A stretch of 64,000 nucleotides of DNA. Origin: Chlorobiota bacterium. Its GTDB lineage: Bacteria > Bacteroidota > Bacteroidia > Bacteroidales > VadinHA17. The position numbers were made by a program, and so were the translations under genes. The notes beneath the pieces were generated by a model. The model did not search any database. It had not been told where the DNA came from and saw nothing but the letters and a program-made list of their open reading frames with translations. Positions 57,765-64,000 of the stretch are shown here, piece by piece; the first letter of the stretch is position 1, and every line of letters starts with the position of its first letter. The stretch covers positions 57,455 through 121,454 of the forward strand of contig JAADHC010000072.1 of assembly GCA_013152085.1 (NCBI GenBank), written 5' to 3'.

Positions 57765-60113
57765 ATGAGAAACAAAGTTATATTGACGGTTTTGACCTTA
57801 TTCCTTGTGGCCGGGATGGCCAATGGTTTTACACAGAATGCCAGGAAGTATTTTAAAGTTGGTGAAGATTTTGTAAAAACCGGTAAATATCAGGATGCTC
57901 TTACACAATTTTCCAAAGCTATTGAGATGGATCCTGATTTTTCCAAAGCTTATCTTTCCAGAGGGAAAGTATATGAGCAGATCAACCAACCCGAAGAGGC
58001 ACTGAATGACTATAACCGGGCACTGGTGTTCCTGCCCAAAGATGCCGACACCTATTATTGCACAGGCAGAATTTACAATCAACTGGGAAAATATAAAGAA
58101 GCACTTGATGCATTAAACAAAGCCACGCGGCTTGCAAGAAGGAACGTCGAAGCTTATCAGGAAAAAGCAAAAGCCCTCATTTCCCTGGAAAAATATAAAA
58201 AAGCCATTGGTGCTGCCGATACTGCACTACTGCTGCAGAAAGATGCCGTCGGGTATTATCTTCATGGCACAGCAAATGAACATCTGGGCAACTTTAGTCT
58301 TGCAGAACAGGATTATAACAAATCAGCCAATGCTGATCACCGGTTTATTGACCCTCACCTTTCACAGGCAAAAATGGCTTTAGACCTGGATCGTACCGAT
58401 CTGGCCATGAAAGAATGCAACAAAGCACTCCAGATCGACGATAAGAACATAAAAGCTTATCTTTTAAGAAGCAAAGTTTATGTAAAACAGCTGGACTATC
58501 CGAATGCCATCAATGACATTTCGAGAATTCTTCTTGTTGAGCCTGACAATGCGGACATGTTTTTTCTGCGTGGGACCTATTATCAGAAATTCAACCAGCA
58601 TCCGTATGCCATTGCCGATTTTACGAAAGTAATCAGCCTCCAGCCGGACAAACCGGAAGCATATTTTCAGCGGGCCAGATCGTATGAAGAGATTCTTGAC
58701 ATGAAACATGCGGTAAAGGACTACCAAACCCTTGCCCGGCGTTTTGAGGATAACATCAAAGCAGAAAAGCTTTTAAAAGCTGCCCAGGAACGGCTTTATG
58801 AACTTAACCGTGAAAGTGATCCCCCTGTTGTAGCACTGGCCGTACCCAAACCGGTCGGGAAAAACACCATTGAAATTCCGGGGAACATGGCTGAAGTTAT
58901 CTTAAAAGGCACGATCACGGATCAAAGTGATCTGGCTTCGGTTAAAATAAACGGAAAAGAAATACATACGGAGAAAACGGATGACGGATATGAATTTTTA
59001 GCCAATGCCAATCTTTCGGATACAGACCGGCTTGTAATAGCTGCTTCAGATATTTATAACAACGAGACGAAGATGGAATATGCTATCCGGAGGACCGAGA
59101 TTAACCCTCCGCAGGTTGAACTACTGGCCCCTTATGCTTCGGATAACGGTGAGGTTTATCTTGAATCCACAGAACCGATGCTTTATATTGAAGGGCAGAT
59201 TAAAGATGAGAGCCTGATAAAGGATATAAAAATTGAAGGTGTGCTGGCAAGTTACCGGCCGGATGATAATAACCCCCGTTTTTCAGCGACCATAGATATA
59301 AAGAATAAAAAGTCATTTCAGGTAACGGTAGAAGACATTTATGGAAACCAGACCAATAAGGTTTTTACCCTGAATCGTGAGGCCGCAGCATTGGGTCAGG
59401 ATAACCCCATGGGGAAAACCTGGGCGATATTTATTGAGAATTCGAATTATCAGACTTTTGCCAGCCTTGACGGTCCGCCCAAGGATATCAGTTTGATGAA
59501 AAAAGCACTGGCCAATTACCAGATCAGTAATGTGATTGTGAAACAGGACATGACCAAAGAGCAGTTGGATAAGTTCTTTTCCATTGAACTTCGGGACCTG
59601 GTCAGAAGTAATCATGTGAATTCCCTGTTGATCTGGTATGCCGGACATGGAAAGTTTATCAATGAAACCGGGTACTGGATCCCGGTAGATGCTGCCCGGG
59701 ACGATGAATTCACTTACTATAACATCAACAACCTTAAAGCGGCCCTGCAGACCTATTCGAACTGGGTAACCCATACGCTGGTAGTTACGGATGCCTGTGA
59801 ATCGGGACCAACTTTTTACCAGGCTATGCGTTCGATCCCTGAAGAGCGGAGTTGTGATGACTGGCAGGCAACAAAATTTAAATCTTCACAGGTATTTTCA
59901 TCCGCCGGGTATGAGTTGGCTGTAGATAATTCCCAGTTTACACGAACCTTTGCAAACACATTGGCAAATAATCCTAATGCTTGTCTTCCTATTGAAAGTA
60001 TTGTTAAAAAGGTTACCGTAGCTGTGGTAAAAAACAATCAGCAACGTCCCCAGTTCGGAAAAATTGCAGGGTTGGAGGATGAGAACGGGACGTTTTTCTT
60101 TATCTCCAGATAG
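57765..60113 (+). CDS. Exported TPR-repeat / tandem Ig-like / caspase (peptidase C14) domain protein
   Basis: Signal peptide (MRNKVILTVLTLFLVAGMANG), then about 8 TPR units. Two internally similar modules of about 100 aa follow (PPVVALAVP... and PPQVELLAP...). The C-terminal caspase fold has a His (LLIWYAGHG) and Cys (VVTDACESG) dyad. Confidence 0.8.
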   Translation: MRNKVILTVLTLFLVAGMANGFTQNARKYFKVGEDFVKTGKYQDALTQFSKAIEMDPDFSKAYLSRGKVYEQINQPEEALNDYNRALVFLPKDADTYYCTGRIYNQLGKYKEALDALNKATRLARRNVEAYQEKAKALISLEKYKKAIGAADTALLLQKDAVGYYLHGTANEHLGNFSLAEQDYNKSANADHRFIDPHLSQAKMALDLDRTDLAMKECNKALQIDDKNIKAYLLRSKVYVKQLDYPNAINDISRILLVEPDNADMFFLRGTYYQKFNQHPYAIADFTKVISLQPDKPEAYFQRARSYEEILDMKHAVKDYQTLARRFEDNIKAEKLLKAAQERLYELNRESDPPVVALAVPKPVGKNTIEIPGNMAEVILKGTITDQSDLASVKINGKEIHTEKTDDGYEFLANANLSDTDRLVIAASDIYNNETKMEYAIRRTEINPPQVELLAPYASDNGEVYLESTEPMLYIEGQIKDESLIKDIKIEGVLASYRPDDNNPRFSATIDIKNKKSFQVTVEDIYGNQTNKVFTLNREAAALGQDNPMGKTWAIFIENSNYQTFASLDGPPKDISLMKKALANYQISNVIVKQDMTKEQLDKFFSIELRDLVRSNHVNSLLIWYAGHGKFINETGYWIPVDAARDDEFTYYNINNLKAALQTYSNWVTHTLVVTDACESGPTFYQAMRSIPEERSCDDWQATKFKSSQVFSSAGYELAVDNSQFTRTFANTLANNPNACLPIESIVKKVTVAVVKNNQQRPQFGKIAGLEDENGTFFFISR

Positions 60114-60133
60114 GATAACTGAAATAAAGCATC

Positions 60134-63100
60134 ATGTATATTAAGGAAATTCCGTATCATAATATTCGCCGGAACAGGCGAATATTTTTTTTTACCTTTT
60201 TTCTTTTCATTTTCTTCCTGCCTTTTACTGATGCACAGCATTACTTTTTTGATACTTACGGAGTAGAACAAGGACTGAGTTCCTCAAAAGTTTACTGTAT
60301 TTTACAGGACAAACGTGACTTTGTCTGGCTGGGAACCGAAGGGGGCGTTTCACGTTTCGACGGCCGGAGTTTCAAGGATTATTCTTCTGAACAGGGCATG
60401 GCCTCAAGCGGTGTATTTTCGGTTCTGGAAGACAGCAGGGGAAATCTATGGTTCGGACACCTGGATGGTGGTCTGACACGGTATGATGGTTTTCGTTTTG
60501 AAAATATCACTTTTGATTCTGTACAAATCAAAGGAGATATTACCTCTATTACCGAGACACGGAATCACCGGTTGTGGATTACAACGACAGCTTCCGGGGC
60601 ATTTCTTATCTCTCAACCCTTTGGTGAACCAGGGGATATGAAAATCAAACAATACAAGGGAAGTGAAGGATTGAGTGATCAGGTTTTCGGTTCATTTATG
60701 ACCCGGGATAGTACCTATTACTGTCTTACGGAAGTTGGGATTAATTACTATAACCCTGAAAAAGACAGGTTTGAGAATTTTATATTGAAAGGACTGACGC
60801 ATTACTGGACAAAAACCTGTATGCTGGAGGATTCGAAAGCAAACCTCTGGTTTGGCACTTATAATGGCGGATTGTACAAATATGATAAACAACTGGACAG
60901 TATCATTATATATGATAAAAGGGACGGACTGGCCAAAAACTGGATCAGCTGCCTGCAGGAAGACAGGGATGGCAATATCTGGGTTGGTACTTTCGGTGGT
61001 GGAATAACCGTAATCAGGAACGGAAAGATACATAATTACAATACAGATAATGGTCTGAATGATAATTATATAAAATGTATTTATGAAGATCATGAAGGAA
61101 ACATCCTCATTGGCACACAATATCACGGGTTCAGTATTTTCAAAGGCGAGGCATTTGTCTCACTGACAGAAAAAGAAGGATTAAGTAATCCTAATGTGTG
61201 GGCGGTGTATGAAGATTATCAGGGAAAGTACTGGTTTGGAACGAATAAAGGCATTACGGTTTTTAACCCTTCGGCTAAGGGTGATGATCGTTTTACTTAC
61301 TTTGATCAGCAACGCTCCTCCATCGAGGACAACATACGATTTATCCGTGAAGATAATAACCGGAATTTGTGGATCGGAACATATGGCGGAGGTGTTTTCC
61401 AGTATAACATGGAACGGGGACGGTTTTTTTATGATTTCTTTTTGAACCGGAATCTTTATCGTGACCTGGTGGTTACCGCTCTTGAGGTGGATAATAAAGA
61501 TCAACTGTGGGTTGGGACCAATGACGGTTTGGCATACTGGGATATTGAAAAGAATACCGGCACCAGGTATACCCAGATCAACGGCCTGACAGGAAATGGG
61601 ATTACAGCACTCTATTTTGACGGTCAGGGAACACTATGGATTGGTTCAGATCGTAAAAAGGGATTGACACGTTATGATATTAAGACAGGAAAATTTGAAA
61701 AAGTGCCGTTGGGAAGGGAGATCGTTCCAAATGCAATAGCCCGGGACAAGGAAGGAAATATCTGGATGGGAACGACCATTGGCGCCTTTGCCTGGAACGG
61801 GGATTCGCTCTATTTGCATCTTACTGAAGAGCAGGGTTTACTGACCAACATTGTAAATCTGGTCGCATCTGATGACCACGGGAATATCTATCTGGGAACC
61901 AATAAAGGACTAAACCGGTATGTACCCGCAGAGCAGAAGATGTATACCTATACATCTAAAAATGGTTTTGTGGGGATAGAAACCAAGAAAAATGCGGTTT
62001 ATAAAGATCACAGCGGTTATATCTGGTTTGGTACTGCCAATGGGGTGACACGATATGATCCGGCAAAAGAATCTATTATCGAACAGGAGCCGCTGACACA
62101 TATCCTGGGAATCCAGGTGCATTACAAACCCCGGCCGATGGTTGAAGGGATGAAGCTGAACCATAATGAACGGGACATTATCTTTGATTATTACAGTGTT
62201 TGTCTTACCAACCCGGATGTGGTTTCTTACCGGATCATGCTTGAAGGGGCGGATGCTGACTGGCGACCGGTAACAAAACAGACACGGGCGATCTATTCAG
62301 CACTGTCACCCGGAAAATACACCTTCAAGGTAATTGCATCAAACAGTAGCGGGCAATGGAACAGTAAACCGGTGACCTTTGGTTTTATGATCCGTCCTCC
62401 TTTTTATCAGACATGGTGGTTTATTTTGACTATGCTGATCCTGCTTGCTGTTACGATTATTTTGTATATTAAAATACGGGAACAGAACCTGATAAGGGAG
62501 AAAAAGATCCTGGAAGAAAAAGTGGCCCAGCGGACAGCCGAGGTGGTACAGAAGAGCAAAGAACTGGAAGAAAAAAATAAAGATATCACGGACAGCATCA
62601 AATATGCTCAGCGTATTCAGAAAGCGATATTGCCACGTGAAGATTCGTTTTCCGATACGTTTATTTTGTTTAAACCCAAGGATATTGTCAGTGGTGATTT
62701 TTATTGGTTTCATGTGGATAACAGTAAGATGTTTATTGCCGCAGTTGACTGTACGGGACATGGTGTCCCCGGGGCATTTATGTCCATTATCGGTTACAAT
62801 TCACTCAGTAAAATTGTAAAGGAATATCATATTTACGAACCTGCTGCCATACTGGACCAGCTTAACGAGGAAATATTCAATACGCTTCATGTGCAGGCTG
62901 CAGAAGATGAAGTGAAAGATGGCATGGATATGGCGTTGGTGGTTTATGATGTGGAAACGAGGAAACTACAATATGCCGGAGCGTATAATCCGCTTTACCT
63001 GATCCGGAAAGGTGCACTTACCGAAATTAAAGCCGACCGTTTTGCCATTGGACGTACGTCGGTGGATATCGGGCAGAAATTTACCAATCATGAAATCGAT

Positions 63101-63328
63101 ATTGAACCGGGGGATACCACATATATTTTCTCGGATGGTTATGCAGACCAGTTTGGCGGCCCGGAGGGTAAAAAGTTTAAAACCCGTCAGCTTAAACAAC
63201 ATCTGATCGCCATACAGCATTTAACCATAAAAGAACAAAAGACCGATCTGGAGAAAACCATTGAGGATTGGAAAGGGGATATGCCACAGATTGATGATAT
63301 ACTGATCATCGGAACCAGTTATAAATAG
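60134..63328 (+). CDS. Transmembrane sensor: periplasmic two-component-regulator beta-propeller repeats + Y_Y_Y domain, TM helix, coiled coil, cytoplasmic PP2C/SpoIIE phosphatase
   Basis: 1064 aa with an N-terminal TM/signal. Repeated (D..G.LW.GT..GL..Y) propeller units are followed by a Y_Y_Y-like Ig domain (YRIMLEGADADWRPV...YTFKV). Then come a TM helix (WWFILTMLILLAVTIILYI) and PP2C motifs (SGDFYWF, DCTGHGVPGAFMS, SDGYADQFGG, DDILIIG). Confidence 0.85.
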   Translation: MYIKEIPYHNIRRNRRIFFFTFFLFIFFLPFTDAQHYFFDTYGVEQGLSSSKVYCILQDKRDFVWLGTEGGVSRFDGRSFKDYSSEQGMASSGVFSVLEDSRGNLWFGHLDGGLTRYDGFRFENITFDSVQIKGDITSITETRNHRLWITTTASGAFLISQPFGEPGDMKIKQYKGSEGLSDQVFGSFMTRDSTYYCLTEVGINYYNPEKDRFENFILKGLTHYWTKTCMLEDSKANLWFGTYNGGLYKYDKQLDSIIIYDKRDGLAKNWISCLQEDRDGNIWVGTFGGGITVIRNGKIHNYNTDNGLNDNYIKCIYEDHEGNILIGTQYHGFSIFKGEAFVSLTEKEGLSNPNVWAVYEDYQGKYWFGTNKGITVFNPSAKGDDRFTYFDQQRSSIEDNIRFIREDNNRNLWIGTYGGGVFQYNMERGRFFYDFFLNRNLYRDLVVTALEVDNKDQLWVGTNDGLAYWDIEKNTGTRYTQINGLTGNGITALYFDGQGTLWIGSDRKKGLTRYDIKTGKFEKVPLGREIVPNAIARDKEGNIWMGTTIGAFAWNGDSLYLHLTEEQGLLTNIVNLVASDDHGNIYLGTNKGLNRYVPAEQKMYTYTSKNGFVGIETKKNAVYKDHSGYIWFGTANGVTRYDPAKESIIEQEPLTHILGIQVHYKPRPMVEGMKLNHNERDIIFDYYSVCLTNPDVVSYRIMLEGADADWRPVTKQTRAIYSALSPGKYTFKVIASNSSGQWNSKPVTFGFMIRPPFYQTWWFILTMLILLAVTIILYIKIREQNLIREKKILEEKVAQRTAEVVQKSKELEEKNKDITDSIKYAQRIQKAILPREDSFSDTFILFKPKDIVSGDFYWFHVDNSKMFIAAVDCTGHGVPGAFMSIIGYNSLSKIVKEYHIYEPAAILDQLNEEIFNTLHVQAAEDEVKDGMDMALVVYDVETRKLQYAGAYNPLYLIRKGALTEIKADRFAIGRTSVDIGQKFTNHEIDIEPGDTTYIFSDGYADQFGGPEGKKFKTRQLKQHLIAIQHLTIKEQKTDLEKTIEDWKGDMPQIDDILIIGTSYK

Positions 63329-63353
63329 AGACAGGGAACCGGTTTAACAGCGG

Positions 63354-63932
63354 TTATATTTTAGCAATTCCCACAGCAGAAGGATCCCAGGCAGGAGCAT
63401 TGAGAAGGGCCCGGATGATCTGTCGGGGATCGGTTATTACCGACCACATGTTTGCATGTACAGGGCGCATAAAGTTCATGCGGATCATTTGATCCCAAAA
63501 GGAAAGTAACGGGTTAAAAAATCCTTCGGTATTTAAAAGTACAATCGGGATGGTTATCTGACCAAGTTGCTTCATTGTGATTGCTTCTGAAAGTTCTTCA
63601 AGAGTGCCGGGACCTCCGGGAAGAGCGATGATCGCATCGGCTTTGCGGATAAGCATTTGCTTGCGTGTGCGCATGTCAGTGACGGTAATCATGTTTTCCA
63701 GTGTGGGGTGAGCCCATCCGTTATCTATCATAAACTCCGGAATGATACCGGTAATTTTTCCCCCTTTTTCAAGATATACCGAAGCTACAGCACCCATCAG
63801 TCCGGCATTTCCACCCCCATAAAGGACCTCAATATCACGGTTGGCCAGTTCTTCAGCCACAATCCGTGCATCACGAAAAAACACATCAGCAATTTTACTG
63901 CTGGAAGCACAGAAGATGGATACTTTTTTCAA
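63354..63932 (-). CDS. LOG family (TIGR00730) nucleotide N-glycosidase-like Rossmann protein
   Basis: 192 aa with GGGNAGLMG and PGGPGTLEEL motifs. The start appears to be a TTG at 63932, with no in-frame ATG near. Confidence 0.8.
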   Translation of the reverse strand: MKKVSIFCASSSKIADVFFRDARIVAEELANRDIEVLYGGGNAGLMGAVASVYLEKGGKITGIIPEFMIDNGWAHPTLENMITVTDMRTRKQMLIRKADAIIALPGGPGTLEELSEAITMKQLGQITIPIVLLNTEGFFNPLLSFWDQMIRMNFMRPVHANMWSVITDPRQIIRALLNAPAWDPSAVGIAKI

Positions 63933-64000
63933 AAAAATAAAGTTAGACAGAAAGATGATTAAAGTAAAGGCTCCAGCTTATTCATGATCACACTTTTGGG

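Noticed and set aside
63354-63932. LOG-family gene as part of a nucleotide-signalling defence module with the caspase/PP2C genes
   Set aside because: It is on the opposite strand and convergent, and it is a very common stand-alone housekeeping-type gene. No cyclase, TIR, SLOG-associated effector or other conflict-system hallmark is nearby.

Overview
This is a densely packed 64-kb chromosomal segment of a Bacteroidota genome. The assignment rests on gliding/T9SS genes, TAnnTTTG-type -7 promoter boxes and the absence of Shine-Dalgarno dependence. I support about 50 protein-coding genes, almost all housekeeping: topA, PBP1A, radA, panCD, folK, sppA, gltX, tdh-kbl, class II RNR nrdJ, waaA, ald, tsaE, Fe-S carriers, trmB, holB, pgk, metG, fumC, prfB, prmC, ribD. 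By eye I found no rRNA, tRNA, CRISPR array, transposase, integrase or phage genes. Three separate type IX secretion/gliding loci are present: porP-gldK-gldL at the left edge (gldL is missing from the ORF track because it runs off the window), an overlapping sprE/porW-like - porX - tsaE run, and gldH. prfB carries the classical programmed +1 frameshift (AGGAGG CAT CTT TGA G), so the ORF track shows only its downstream part. I do not see a convincing self-contained novel defence or mobile system. The stretches most worth a second look are listed here. (1) A co-transcribed pair encoding an exported TPR/Ig-like/caspase(C14) protein and a periplasmic beta-propeller/Y_Y_Y sensor fused to a cytoplasmic PP2C phosphatase. 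(2) A secreted WD40 propeller translationally coupled (ATGA) to pgk. (3) An arginase-fold protein between topA and the T9SS operon whose Mn-ligand motifs look degenerate. (4) A half-size GlgA-like protein lacking the KTGGL motif, overlapping a DUF4270 lipoprotein gene. (5) A recurring CTACGTAG-Nx-CTACGTAG palindromic element at two gene 3' ends, one copy being a perfect 32-bp palindrome, with a 33-bp tandem repeat next to the other copy. (6) An alkyltransferase-like protein with PAHRV replacing the PCHRV active site. All functional calls come from motif recognition by eye; no database search was run.
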